The position numbers and the translations under genes are program-made. From Flectonema sp. DT1601 (Eukaryota), in assembly GCA_964019425.1 (NCBI GenBank), contig OZ025787.1:1550001-1596115 (forward strand): a stretch of 46,115 bases of DNA, in the 5' to 3' direction. The notes beneath the pieces are model-generated. The model saw nothing but the letters and a program-made list of their open reading frames with translations. It ran no database searches and was not told the origin of the DNA. Shown here piece by piece: positions 11,501-26,234 of the stretch (its first letter is position 1; each line of letters opens with the position of its first letter).

Positions 11501-14500
11501 TTGGTCAGAACCAAACTCAAGAACAAGAATAAAAAGAAAACAACCACCAAGACGTTCTTTTTTACAGTCGTGTGTTGCCTCTCCACATCATACTCAACCC
11601 ACCAAAGCATTTATATTTTAATTGCTCATTAGTTGGCATTGCATCTTTTTTTTTGTTTTTTTTTATATTTTTTTTAACCTGGATTTGCAACCTACTCTGA
11701 TCCCTCGCCTGTCATTTTGTTACGCATGACATGTGATTAATTCTTTTTTTATTAGTTATGGCTACTTATGCTAACTAATAAAAAAAAAAGCTGCAAAAAA
11801 TATATATAAAGTATAAGAAGAAAAAAAAAGTACCCCCCCCTTGTACCTTCTTGTTGAGGTAATTAATTATTATTTCTCGCGCAAACACTAGCATTTGGAA
11901 TGGAAATGATTCCTTCTCACGGCATAGTTCCGTGTAGTAGTACCACCGCCTCTATTTAATTATTCCCTCAGTCAAGCCTGTTAATCTGACATAACTCTAA
12001 AAGTGCATAAGAAATACTGCATTGCTACGACTTCGTCTTGTAATGTAGTTGCCTTGTTCTTCTTCAGGTAGTTGTAAGGAACTGGTAGTCAAGTGACAGT
12101 TTGTTATTGAAAAGAGAGGTTTTGTTCTGATGTTACTTCTGTTGTCGGTTTTCAGGTTTTTGACTGTTGTCTCTTTATTAGTTCAGTTGCCTCGTTCTTC
12201 TCGTGTGCGGTACTTACCCGACGCACTAGTTCTGCTGCTGAGATGCCGGCTTGGCTCTCACTTTATCCCATCGAGCGAAACAGTTGTTTTTCATTTCGTT
12301 TATTTTTGGAAATTCTTACAGAGCAATAGTTCTTATTATTGTTCCAACTCTTGTTCCTTGTTGCACCACTTTTTTAGCGGCCCCGTCCTATCCCAGCCTG
12401 CGACTGTAACTTGGTGTCAGAGCTGGCCGCTATCTTTCTTTTGAGTATTTTAGTTATTTAGGAATTGGTGTTCATTCAAATTAATTGATCAAAGTCTTTT
12501 CCAAAAATATTCCGTAGTAAGAAAAAAAAAAAAAACGCAGAATTTTAGTCGTCCTGTTTTCCTATCCTTACGGACTTGTTGACTGTTCATGCGCTGAGAA
12601 ACTTATCAAATCGTTGTCATTTTTTGTTTTGTTGTTTGTTTGTCCCTTTCCCTCGTTGTTTAACTTTAACAACATTTTTTTTGTTTGTTTTTTTGTTTAA
12701 TCGGAACGATGAAAGAACATCGAAACAAGAAAAGGAGAAAGGTGCTGTCGTCTGATGAAAGAAAAACTATTGAGCCACTGCCAGAACCGCACCCATTCCT
12801 CTGATTGATTGCTCCTCATTTTTTCCAACTCAAAAAGGATAAATAATTCATATTATTACTGAAGTACAATCTTATTAAATCCATTATTGGTAATTCTATT
12901 TATCCAAAACGCATTCTGTTTCTCTGTTGTTTGTTCATATTATTTGCCTCCGTTAACAATCAATTGACTACCCAGTTAGCAACATAATCCCTGTTACTTC
13001 CCTTTTAATCTCCTTGTAAGCCACTTTCATTCGATTTCACTTTGCCACCAAAGACTTCACATCGCGTGTTAGCGTCATGGTTCAGGTCAAGGAACAATCC
13101 TGACGGTGTGATGTGATGCAGTTCGATTAGCCCACACTTTCCTCATTATTCGCACTCTTCGTTGAGTGAAATAATTAAAGTCACTGAAACATAAAAAGTG
13201 ACTTCTCCCATAGAACCACCGTAAGAGTTTCATGACCTTCAGTTGCAGGGACTTTGAATTCTCGCAGCTGGTTATGAGATCGGCCTACCCAATTAGCAGC
13301 ATGGGAGGGACAAAATGGATTATTGTCCTGTCCCTAACCCGCTACACACACACAACACACACACAGCCCACTTTAACCATTTTTTTTGGGTTCTTGGCCC
13401 CTGTAATCAAAATGACCTAAAAAAGACGGAATATCGGGAAGGTGCGAAAACATTGTTTCAAATTCGTGCTTCCCGTTCGTAAAGATATTAAATAATTCCC
13501 TATTCTCCAACAGTGGTTTCGGAGGTGTCCCCGGATTGGTATATTATTTTCCGAATCCTCACACACGAAATCACTTCTCCTGTTACGTAAGGTTACTCAA
13601 TTAATGTTGTGGTGTCTTTACTCAAAGTATTTTCCCCCCTCTTTTTTCTTCTTCTTTTCTTTTTCTTTGTTCATAAGGGTTCCGAAGATCTGAGAGACTT
13701 CTTTAGTTATAAAAAAGGAATATCGTAGGGACAGATTCTTCGTATCCTCTGCTTAAGAAGTCAAGGATACTAAAATACCTAAATAACAAGGAAAAAAAAA
13801 AAAGGGGGGAAAAAGTAGGGTAGTTGTACCTTCCCCTGAACCCTTTTTTTTGCGCCTTTTTTCGTTGGTGTTTTTTCATCACACTGCGTATACTTTTTTT
13901 ACTTCTCTAACACTGTCCGCTCGAGCGGGCGGTGGGTTTAGGTAGTCATTTGTTTCAGGTTATTCTATGTCTCTTATCGTCTGTGAGAGTCTCACGGTTG
14001 GCTGGTAGCAATCTAACTGTAACCCTGTGAGCTTTTCCTGATTTTTTTGGCTTCCTAGGCTTCGTAAATAAACAAATAAAATATTGAAAAAAAAAAGAAA
14101 AAAAAAAACACAAAGATCATAATAAAATAATAATTTCCTGTTTTTTTTTTTTTTTTTTTTTGTAATTTTCTTTTTGATAGTCTTTATCACTTATTAGTAG
14201 CCCCCCGCTGCGCATTAAGTTTTGCAGCTTTTCAACTCCTCTGGTCTTTCCCTTTTTTTTATCCCTTTCTCTTTTCTAACTTGCGTAAGTGTTGTTTTGG
14301 TATCTACTGTGAATTAAAAAAAGTAAAATGAAAAAATAAAGAAATACACATCTTCCTCAGATGCGATTCCTGTGGGTGGTTTGTTCCCGTGCATGTTTTG
14401 TTAAGAGTGTTACAACAATAAATTAAAAGAAATCTTTTCTTTTCTTTTTTTTATTTTTTTTATTCTTCAAGCATTCAAAAATGCTGTGACCACAAGCAAA

Positions 14501-16546
14501 CGAACATCACGATATCCCGTTCTTTACAGACGATGTACTTGGTTGTTGTTGATAAACAGGCAACCAAGTCGGACGTTGGAAAACAAAAAAAAATTCGGCG
14601 TTTTGAGTGATCTTCTGAATTGTTCTTTCGGGACATAGTGAGAAGTACACCACTATCTGGAAGTAGCAGAATTTCTAGAAAATTCCTTTGCAGCAAGAGC
14701 GACGCTGCTTACTACGAGTTTCGATGTTTGTTTGCTTAAGAAACAAAAAAAAAAAAAAAAAGGGAATGATTTTTAAAGTGCTTTTCTAAAGCCTCCAAAA
14801 AAAAAAAACATTTTATTTTTTGTTGTTATTTTTTTTCCATTTTGCGAGCCCCAGCCATTGCGGTACTTTTGTTATGTTTTGTTGTTTATCAGAAATAAAC
14901 AAAAAAGAAATAAAATCGGAAAGAAGTATAAATCCGAAAAAAGAAATGAAGATTAATTTAAAAAAAAAAAAATTGCAATATTAAAATAAACAGTTCAATA
15001 GTAGGCGTTTAGCCTTTCCCCCTTCCCCCTCCACAATAACGCTTGTCTATGCTTCCCTCCCCTGCCGCATTTGCAAACAACGCGAGAAAGAACGGAACCA
15101 TAAAAAAAAGTTAGGCGGCCTTCCTCAGGCGCAGAAACAGTGAATGACTTTTATCCTGTTTTTTTTTTCCACCAAAATAAAAGAAATATGTCACAGTATT
15201 ATTATTCACACTTTGTTAAAAAGGCCGACTACTTTTCTAGGGTCTTTTCGGAAACAGTGTATTTTTCTTTCATTCCTTTTTTTTTTTTTTTTTTATCCTG
15301 CTTTTTTTTTTTTTTTTTTTCCCCGTGTGTGTTTGCACCACCATATTTCAGGTGTGAAGGGGAAACAAAAACAACAAGCAACAATAACATAGCATGGCGG
15401 GGATGAAACTGTTAGTGATCAACGGCAAACTTTCTGAAAGTAGTGATTCAGCTACGGTTGGCTATGCGCTGTACTGTTGTACCTGATATTCTCTCTTTGA
15501 GGAACAATCTGATCGGTACCCGCGCCAATATTTTAGTTAAGTATTCCTCGTTTTGAAAGTCAGATGGAATGCTGTTGATCATTTTTTATGTCCCGTGTCG
15601 CCATCTTTTTGTTGGTCAAGTTTTTTTGACAAGTCAAACCTTGAGGGGGAAAAAAAAAAGAAGAAGAAGAAGAAAAAAAAAGAAATTATCGTAAGAAATT
15701 GCGACTCATGCGCTTTGGAGAGGACATTGTCTATGGCAATAACCCATCTCCAATCTTCGCGACGATAGATAACGATTTATTTAAGAAAATAAAAAAATAA
15801 TTGATTTTCTTTTTTTTTAATAATTTTTTTTCTTATATTTATTTATTTCTTTTTTTGCAACAAAAGTGAAAATTGCAGTGCCATCCAGCCCCCCCGAGAA
15901 ATATTTTCCCCATAAAAATCCCTATTTATTTATTTATTATTAATTTCTAAGAATTATCAGACTTTGCGTCAGCATTGGTGCGAGAGTGCGCCCAATTCCG
16001 TCCATCGGCATAATCAATAAACCCAACTAAACTTCTGGCACAAACTCTGATAGGAAAAATCACTGTAAGTGGAAAATTATGTTTTTGCGGAAAAAAGGAA
16101 ATCAGTCTCCCCGACTGAAGGAATCCCCGCATTATAGTTTTTATCCCTCGCCGTTTGTATTTTGTATCGCTGTTATTTCCACTTACAGTACGATTTATTT
16201 TTCTTTTTTTAATGCACCTTATGAAAATTTCTTTTTAAACAAAATCTCTGTTTTTTTGTTTAAAAAGAGAATAAATTAAATAAATGGGGAGAATGTTTTT
16301 TTTTTTTTTTTTTTTTTGTTTTCCTATCGATAAATTCTTTTAAAAATAATTTTTTTTTTTCCCTCTCCTAAAAAAATCAAAATTTGCATAACTGGATGCA
16401 CTGTATGTACTTATGATACGATCGACTCTGTTAGTTGTAAGAAGAAGGATTTTTAATTAACAATTTACTAATATTAGTTGAAAAAATTTCACTTTCTGCG
16501 GCTTTAAGAACTGCTTGTTTTTTGATTGTTCTCGTTCATTTCAATA

Positions 16547-16578
<32 letters not shown>

Positions 16579-19500
16579 TATAATAATTTATCTTGCATTG
16601 TTGGTAATGATTGTAAATAAAAAACTTCAACACATTTTTGGATTTCGTATGATGCTTTAGCAGAATTACTTCTCCAGATCAGTACACACTGTCACTGTCT
16701 ACGCTATGCAAGTACTGTGTCACTAGGTGCATTGACTGCAAAGGGTATCCCCTTTTTCAAAACGCAGGTTATGTCGGCACCTCTCCTAAACTCATGTCTA
16801 TTTCCCTCCCTCTTTTTTTGTTTCCTCTCTTGTACTTCCCTTGCTGTTTTTTTGTTTGTTTTTTTTTGAAATCGAGAAGAGTGTTATTTGTATTTTTTCG
16901 CAGCCAGAAAAAGCAACCAGCAGGGAAAAACACTATTGTAACGTTACTAGCTAACAGTAATCTTTTCTTTTTTTTTCTTTTATATTTTTTTTTTCTCGTT
17001 TGGTAGCCATGTTAATGTATTAAATATTCACAGTTAGGCAACTTGAAATGTTGTGTTTTATAATAAACGCGGTTATTATTTTATTTTGTAATTGCCAGCA
17101 CAGCAAGTGGTTTGTGAAGGAACTGCGAATATTTAATTATCTAAATTGGTCTCAGCGGTGCAGCCACAACCCCACCCATAGCATCGTATTGGTTACTCGA
17201 CATCAGCGGAACCCACAGTGTCCCGATCAAGTTAATAAAATAAACAAATTAAAAAAAATAATAAAAAAAAAAAGTGTTTGGCGAGCAAGTAAGTCCGCAA
17301 CAACATTATTGCAATGCTAATTACGTGCGACACTTGCAATGACGCTTCACATAAAAAACTGCTAAACGCAAAAGGGTCATTAAAAAGTGTTTTTTTTTTT
17401 TTTTTTTTTCATATGATGGATTTGCGAGAGAACAGTAATCTAAATTACCTTTTCTCTTACCTGCGGACTTACGGCCTGTTATCAAACGAGGACTGCGCAG
17501 CACACTTGCGTACAATAAAAAAATAAATGAAAAAAATAAATAAATAAAAATAAAAACACTTTTGCGATTTTGCTCCGCGTATCCCCCGAATGACAAAACA
17601 TGAATACGTCTGAAGGTAAATGTTACTGAGGAGCATTCTTCTGTTCATTACGAACTCGTCACACAAAATTCTTATTGTGGTACGCTCGTTCGTCAGAAGA
17701 GTAGGAACAGTGCCAGTGCGATAAGGCGACCTTTTTAGTTGCCTAATGCAAGAAGGTTAGATTTTGTTATTATTTTCGTTTTGATTAAAGGAAGATAAAC
17801 TGCTACACCCCCCACTAACATATTTTTGTTTATGATACAATACATTTGTATTTTACGTACAAAATCAAACAGTTAACCCCCCACTAACATTTTTTTTATT
17901 TTTTATTTTGACAAGTTCGTTAGTAAGTTTCAAGTACACTGCCGCTACATTATACCTGTTTTTGGTTTTCCAAACTTACAATTAATTAAACGATTGAATA
18001 ACTCGATTCTGTCTGCACTGAATTACAACACAGAACGAGATCTGTATGCAGATAAGTTACAAACAATAATTATAATGTAGAGTCCTTTTACGACATTCTG
18101 TGCGGAGTGTTAACCTTTTCTAACAATTGCCTTTAGTCACTGTGTCATAAATTACTAGTTGAATATTAGTTAACTTTGATGCAATACATATATTTATATC
18201 ATTATAAATATGCTCAAACTATTTACCCCCCACTAGAAAACCAGCAAGCCTATGGTGCTTCCAGTGTCTTGCAAGGTTCTGCAAATGTGAGTTCGGCTAT
18301 TTCTAGTTACGTAAAAGAAAGATAATTCAGTTCCCAGTTTTTCTGCAGTTCTTCGACAGACGAAGAGAAAAGAAGGTTTTTTGAAAAAAAAAAAAAAAAA
18401 ATATTATTTAATAAATAAATCATAAAACACTTATCTAGAATAATATTTCTTTTGTCTTTTTTTCCCCTGATTTTCTTTGCTGATGAGCCCTCGTCTCAGC
18501 GTAAGGATTTCGCTAAGCAAGTGGAACTAGCGTGTCCGTTTCTTCAGTTCCCTGTCCTTGTCATAATGTTGGTATTCAAATGTTCTTCATAACTCGTCTT
18601 GCGAGTGAAGATTGTAATTAGTAGAAACTATCTGATATACAAAAGGAGTACCAAATGTTGCTTCTGAGGAGTCAAACTGCTTCCGCTTATGAGAATCGTC
18701 GAGCAAGAATCCACCAGAAGGGATTTCGGGATTGAAGATAACTTCAAAAGGTGCGCTGATCTTCGAAACCCAATTTTTAAAAACTACTCGAAGCGTTTCG
18801 CTTCGTACACAATATTTAATTTAACTAACCCGCATGAGTCATTCTGCAGCTACAACAAGGGTTCTAATTACCTTTGCATTTCATGTTGGTGGGTGCATCG
18901 CTTTGTAATGTAGAAAACTTCGACGTCACAGTTATTGGGCTGACGTGTCCATCCAATTCATGGAGTTGAGGGACAAATACTTGCTGAGAAATCATTGAGC
19001 ACTGTACTTCATCCCTTATCGCTAATCAGGCTCCGCGTGAAGAAGGCGAGACAAGCCCTGACGCTCTTTTTTTTATGTTACCCAACTATTATGGTGTAAG
19101 TCGACATACAAACATTTTTTATTTATGTCAGCTCACTATCTATTTATTATTGTTCTTTTTTTTCGTTTATTAACTATGGCACTAACTTTCTTCAAAAGAA
19201 GAGAAGTATTCTATTGGGGCTACTTCTTCCTTCGCCCCCCTCTTTTTTTAAGGTTATTTTTATTTCCTTTCTAATGTTCGCTGAGGTTATTTGCTAGCAC
19301 GGATTGGTTCGGGTTGACGAAATGCCTGATTTAGTAGTAGCAAGTCGCGTAACAGAACTGCTTGTGGGCATTTTGTTGTGTGCAACCCGTTTTTTGATTG
19401 CCAAACCTGTGCCTAGCTTACGGCATCAACGAACACCTTGTATTCATCTCTATTGTTTTGTGTGCTTAAATGAGTTGTGCAGGTTGAAAAAAATGAAAAA

Positions 19501-22500
19501 AAAAAAAATGATGCGTTGTTGTTGCGACAGCTACACTCACATCCCATACCGTGCGTAGCTAACCACCCTTTATGACTTTCATTCCTTTTTTTTTAAAAAA
19601 GATATTCTCTTCTGTTGTTGCTCTTAGCCTTAAACTGTTTGTAGGTTTAATGATGACTGCTTGACAACAGTTTGAGTATCTCGTTTTGTTATTGATTAGA
19701 AAATGTGAAGGTGCCAACAGTTGTCTGACGAAGAAACAATTATGGCTACACTCATATAGGAACCCGCAGAAACATTTTCATCGAACTTCGGATGTCATTT
19801 AGGGAGCAATCCTGTGTCACCTTTTTATATCTTTCTGCTGCTGACTGCCCCGAGTGCATCACCTTCAGGGCGGTCGATATAATTCTGAATTATTGCTTTT
19901 CTTTTTATTCATTCTTTTTGATATCGTTTAAAAGGTTTGTTATTTATGTTTTTTCTTTTTTTTTGCCGCTTGTCTTTCTTTTTTTTCTTTTAAAGGAAAA
20001 AGTCCCATCACACTGCCCCTTTTTTGCCAGTATTATGGCAGACTTGCTAGGCGTAGACACTTCTTGCAGACACAGAAATGTCTGCCGTGTTTGCGTTTCA
20101 TTTTCTTCTACCAACAACAAAAAAAGTTCATTATTAAGTGTCAGTTACTAAAACAAACAGTTCGTTTATTTTTTGTGCTTTAACGCCGCTGATAAGCGTG
20201 ATATGCTGTCTTCTGGCGCCTAATAAATCTAACACAAAACTTCATTGAAGATATTCCGTTACTTATTACTTTTAGTAAAGCTTAAGGAAATCTTTTTTTT
20301 TGCTTTTTCATTTTTTTTATCGCAGCTTTCCCCTTACCCCGAAAACTGGACTTTGATCGTTTCCAGTACAACACAACTTCAAAGTCTATATTCGTTAACT
20401 ATTAATTTTCCTTTTTCAACACAAGATGCTTCTATTTCCGCCATCGCGACCTTTCTGTATGCCTGGATGCACAGCTACTTAGTTTTATATACAACTATAA
20501 CTTAATGCATACGCTGCCCTACTATATGTTGAATTGCTCCTTTCCGCAGACATTGTTTGCCTGTTACCTTCATTTCATTGGTCTGTTCTTGTAGCATGAT
20601 CGCATTGATTTTTGGCTCAAAGAAAAGTCAAGTTATATTCTGAGAGTGCTACAAATGGCCAAAGTTTTTTTTCCCCCTCTACATAATAAAGACAAGGCAA
20701 CGCAACAACACGACAAATTATAAAGAAGTTATAAAGAAATAAAACCATTTTAATTAGTACTCTCTCGGTCAATCTCCCTCAGGATGTTCTTTCTTGTTTA
20801 TCTTGGGTGATGTTTTTTACCGCCAGAATAATAGGTTTTGTTTTTCTATTATTATTATTATTTTCTTTTTTTTTTGTTGTTTCTAATCTTTTTGAGACGG
20901 CGGGTACTACTAAGCTCAAGCTCGCCCTTCTCAATTCCTATTATTATCCCAAATCAATTATTGTCACCACCCGTTCGACGAGTTTTAAGCCTGCGAACCT
21001 CAGTTACGATTGTCTTCCTACAGAAGTAACTTTAAATACCCTATTCGAAAGTGTCTTAAAACCAATCAATTTGTGTGCCCAACACGTTGAATAGAATGTG
21101 AGCTACTGATTTGTGAATCCGCATGTCGTAGCAGAAAGTAAGTTGTCAAACCCGTCAACGGGTCTACTTACTCCTTGAGACTTAAAAAGTAGTAAAGATT
21201 GCTTTTAAAACATAAGAACGATAAGTTCCAAACTAGGTAGTCAGTTGGATTGCAATTGTTGCTTTCTAACAATCAAAAGGTTACTGCGACTCGTAGCAAC
21301 TTTTTCGGTAAAGTAGGCCCTCGTTGTTCATTTTCTTTTTTTTTCCCCTCTAGGTTTCCCTTCCCCGGAATAGAAAGAATCAAGCTTCTCGTAAAGAACT
21401 ACAGTTAAGTGGTTGAAACCCATCCAACCACACAGTGAAGCCCTTTTTCTATAGCCACTTGTTGGCTTCAAGCAACCAATCCGATCAATTTTTTTAAGCC
21501 GCGCCTTTTTGTTTTTCCTTTATTAAGTTTCGTCAGTAGACCAACTGACCGATTGATGCCTCTCGTGATCCTAATTTGAAATCTGCATCAGGATCGTGAC
21601 CACAATGCTACTGGTTGGAAGTAGCTTATTTCAGGTCGAAAATAAATATTTTTTCGCAATGTAACGTAAAGCCAACCGTTCGGTAGATCGACCATACTCG
21701 TACTCGTTTTATTCTACTGATGATATACATGTGGTTGGAGGAGATTTGTATCGTTCCTTGCTGGAGGTTGAGCGCATACAACTCGTATGTGACAAGCCTG
21801 TTGGAGTCCTGTTCTAATACCAAAGTAAGCCATGAGTCTGTATTTACTGCTTGGCGTGGAAGTGACCTGTTTGGTTCTTCTTGATTGAAGCCATCTCAGT
21901 ATCTGCAGGTATTTGAGCTGCTATCGAACACTATTCACGCAGACATCAGATTACTTGCTCTTACTAATAGTCCTCAGCAAAGTAACACAAATTACAACTT
22001 CTTCGATAAGAAAGAAGTTACAACTTCAGTTGATCTTTTGTTGCTATCTCAACGTCCCACTGAAATAGTTCCCTTCCCCAGTTTTTGAGTCGATTTGAAG
22101 CAATCCTCAAGTCAGTTGAACCAAATCATAAGAACACTTCGTCCTCATCCTCATCAGTCTCTTCCTCGTCCCTGAAGTAATTTCTTACAGAGATCTGTTA
22201 CGAAATTAAACCCTTCACATATTGTTCCTTATCAAAATGATGTCATCCAAACCTAGTAAAGTGATTTAAGATAATGAAGCTTCCCACGATTTGTCAATTA
22301 AATCATTTATGAAGAAAAAGAAATAAAACAAAAATGGAGCTTACAATGTTGTAGATCATTTTACAACCCCCGTCTGGCCTTGTTTTTTTTTTTTTTTTTG
22401 TTTTTTCTTTTTTAGCAAATCGTGAATTTCTTTATCGGAATTGCTGCTCATTGAGAAGCTGCAACTCGTTGTCGAAGTTCTCGAAAAGGGAAGTCTATAA

Positions 22501-25500
22501 ACGAGAAGAACACGAGAGGAACTTTAAAAATATTACCTCGTATGGCAGTTGTCTTTTTTTGGTCAGCATTTTATGTTGTTCTGTCACCAGAGTCTCTTGT
22601 TTGGAGACTACTGCCTTCATTGCATCGTATCAGCAGATATGTCTTTCCATTTTTTTTATTTTGTTTCTGTTATTGATTCTCTCTTCTTCTTTATTAGAAG
22701 AAGAAATATTTCCCCCCCCCTTCATTTTCTATTTGATGTTTTATTGCTATTATGCTGAGTGCGGAGGTAAACGAAGAGAAATAAATTTCTAAAAGTGGAG
22801 CGAATTCTTTTTCTGCACTCGATTGGAGTGTCATTTTCCCTTTAAGAATTTTTACTCACAAAAAAAGGAATGAATAAGAAAAGAAAAAAATTATCTTTAT
22901 GAGGCTTTTGTTGTCACCTGTTTAGTATGTAATATTATATTATCGCGTATCATGATATTTATGTTTCTTGTTTCCTGTTAAAAGCAAGGACCCGCGAGAA
23001 GAGACTTTTTTTAATTATTGTAAACAAAAAAAAAAAAAAAAAAAAAACTATTTTATTCTTTTTGGTTTTCTCTCTTAGCCGAATAAATAATTCTGATACC
23101 TGGACTCAGTCAACTCTGTAGTGGGGTGTCGATTTTGTCACCCCACTGCAGACTGACAATATCGTATTGTGAGATGGTATCAATTATTTATTTGCAAATT
23201 CTTAGAATAGGTTCACTTTATTGACCTTAGAAAGAAACGATGAAGAAAAAAAACTAAAAAAATAAAAAAAACTTCTCATCATTTCGAGAGACTAGAGTAA
23301 CATTTCTTTCTGTTGTCGGGTGTGCAAACATTCAAAACAAATTATTTCATCCCCTCATCATGAGGCGCTATTGTTTACATTTTTCCCCTTCGCACTCTTT
23401 TTTTTGCATTTTTTTTTTTTTTTTTCCACGACCAAACATCTTTGCAACCATTCCTTAAATAAAGAGGTTGCCGTCTTTGTCTGTAGTAAGTCTGTAGAAG
23501 TCAGTCTGACCACCTTATCCAGGGTAATCATTTTCTTTAATTATTTTATGATTTAGAATATGAGATGTCTATTTACCCTTCGGTACTATTCTGTAGTCCG
23601 TACCAATACCTTCGAAGTAGTTATTTATTAATAGTCTACTCGTGTGATAGTTTTTACACTTGCGGAACCGGCGGTTCAGGGCCGATATTTATTTTTGTAT
23701 TGGTCAGATATTACATTTAAACTGAAGAGTCAAAAAGACTTCTTACTATGGTAGGTGACAACGAGAGCGGTGTTTTTGTCATCAAAGCGGTAATAACCTG
23801 ATGGTTTGAACAACGTTCATCTTCTCGTACCAAACATTCTAAAGGTGTTTCTTTTTGCTCAAGCAATGCTTCAATATGATGAAGTTCTTTCCACTATACA
23901 CCCATACCCAGCGATTACCTTCTGGCGATGATAATTCACGAACCTGGAGGATTTATATTTTAAAGTATCGCCTGCTCTTATTGACTTTACTTATTCGGTA
24001 CAGAAGTACCCAAATCACGATGTTGTTGATGTTTGTCGTCGTTGCTTTTGGTTAACTTTCCGTTTTTTTTGGTGAAAATATTTTCATTGAAGCGGCAATT
24101 CCATTCGATGATGTCAGGCGGTCCTTTCCCTCTCTTTCGGGACCTGATGAGCATACAAACCGAACTCTTTGAGAACGTATCACCTGTTGGATTCAACAGA
24201 TGATATTTGATCTTACATTCTCAAATGGGTGGTGAGGTTGCTCAAGAAGCCTTCACTACTTTTTCCTTTTTTTTTTTTAATCCCCTTTTATGGGAAGAGA
24301 TGAAATGTTCTATTAATAATCGTTGTTACGTTCTTATAAGGGAAGGCCTCTTCATAATAATAATCCAACAGATAACAGTGTTCGTCGTAAGAAGGAATAT
24401 TTCTTTTTCATCTGGCAAAATGCTGAAATTAAATAATTACGTGACGTCACACGAAGAACTTGATATCTACCCTTTTATTTAATAATAAATAAAAATCTCT
24501 TCTCCCTCATCATTGACCCTCAGACAAGCTCCTCTTTAGGCTAGTCTCTTAATAATGTTATCACCGTTTACCTTTTCCATTACAGACATTCTGATTGACG
24601 AGATACGTAGCAGGCGTCTGGAAGTTCTTCTTGCGTTTTACTCGGAATGGGCAAACCCGATTTTTTTCTTTCAAGCAATTTTTATTTTATTTTATTTTTA
24701 AATATTGAAGTAACGCTTCTGACGAGCTGCCAGCGGCAGGAAAACCTCTCCATCGTTGCGAAAGTATCCAAAGCGATGCTTGTGCTTAAACAAAGTTCTG
24801 AAAGCGCATAAGTTCAAAGCGCGCGAATAACGAGGAAGACAAGATGGAATTAAAGGCGGTTGGTCCACAGTGTTTTTTTTCGGGACACAAATTGCAAGCA
24901 GAGGGCCACGTTACTGTTTTTTTTTTTTTTTTTTTTCCTCAATTTTTTTTACGGTTTTTTTTAAATATTACTGTAAATGTCTTTTTTGACATATAGTTCC
25001 GTTGCGAGCCGGAACTTGTGAGTGTTGTTGTAAGCTACGTTGTTCTACTGAGAAATTCCAATGAAACTAAGTAGAGCGTATTTCACTTCAGGCGAAGATA
25101 AGTGCTGAGCCTTGTTTTTCTTAATCTTGCCACCTAAAATGGTAGGTTTGAGAATTGATTATTAATTGTTTTTGAGGAACACTTTTGAGTACCTGCTGAC
25201 TTGTGTTAGATGACAAGTAAGTCAGCGCAGACTATTAATATTTTCCATAATGGAAATAAAGGGATCATTTGAGTAATTCGAAGCGATGAATTGATCGTAG
25301 CAACATCTATTATTCTTATGTCACCTCAGCATTCGTCTTGTGCGCGGCTTACCTCAAGCTCTTTTCGGTTGTTTTGAATCGTTGTGTTTTTTCCCTCTTT
25401 TTAAATTTCTTTTATTTATTTTCTGTTTTTAGTTTTGACAAGTTCTCCTAATTAGCCCTTCTGTAATAGCAGCCATTAATATCTATGGTGGCAGACGTAA

Positions 25501-26234
25501 AAGAGAGTCAGCAGATGGTTAGAGTCTCGCGAGAAAGTTTGTCGCTATCAACGAACTTCGGAAGCTATTTATGTAACTTTGAAAATCGAGAAACGATTGT
25601 TCGAATCAAGGTTTTTGTTTTCAAGTTTCCAAGTGTCATGCAACAGGTTCGCCTCAGAAAAATTGAAATACTATTTTGAACCTGAGGGACACCCTTTTTA
25701 TGACCTCAGTTCTTATAGTGATGGGATTTGGATTCATTTTATTTTTGCGGGGTCTGAGGATGACGGACTGTTATTTAGAGCAGCGTTATTCTTTCTTACA
25801 TTAAAATTTGTCATCCGAAAGTATGTCTGCTCGGATTATAATTAATATTACTACAATGTTATTTGCACATGCGAGTGCAGCCTTTACTCCTCTTTTTCTT
25901 GCGCAACCCGTCTGCTAACACGCAATAAACACTTTCAAAACAGTTTTGGTGTTTATTGCGAGACAGAAGCTGTAACGAAGGACCGACTGGTGACAAGCGC
26001 GGCGCACCGTCGGTTTCCCTTAGTTGGGATTTCTTTCATTCTGATTCTTTATGTCTTTCTTACCCCCTTTATGTATTTTTATTTCTTGCGATGCTCGTCT
26101 CGTTCTTGTGAGTATTAACGGTAAGTAGAAGTCTGTCGTTAGTTTCATTTGTTAGCAGGAGCACAATACATGTCTGAGTAGAGGTTACAGAGGTGGTCAG
26201 TCAAAACTTCATCTTCACAGAAGGACTTCACAAT

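Noticed and set aside
7995..25845. Numerous 60-130 aa ORFs rich in F/K
   Set aside because: Translations of poly(T)/poly(A) tracts without recognisable motifs.
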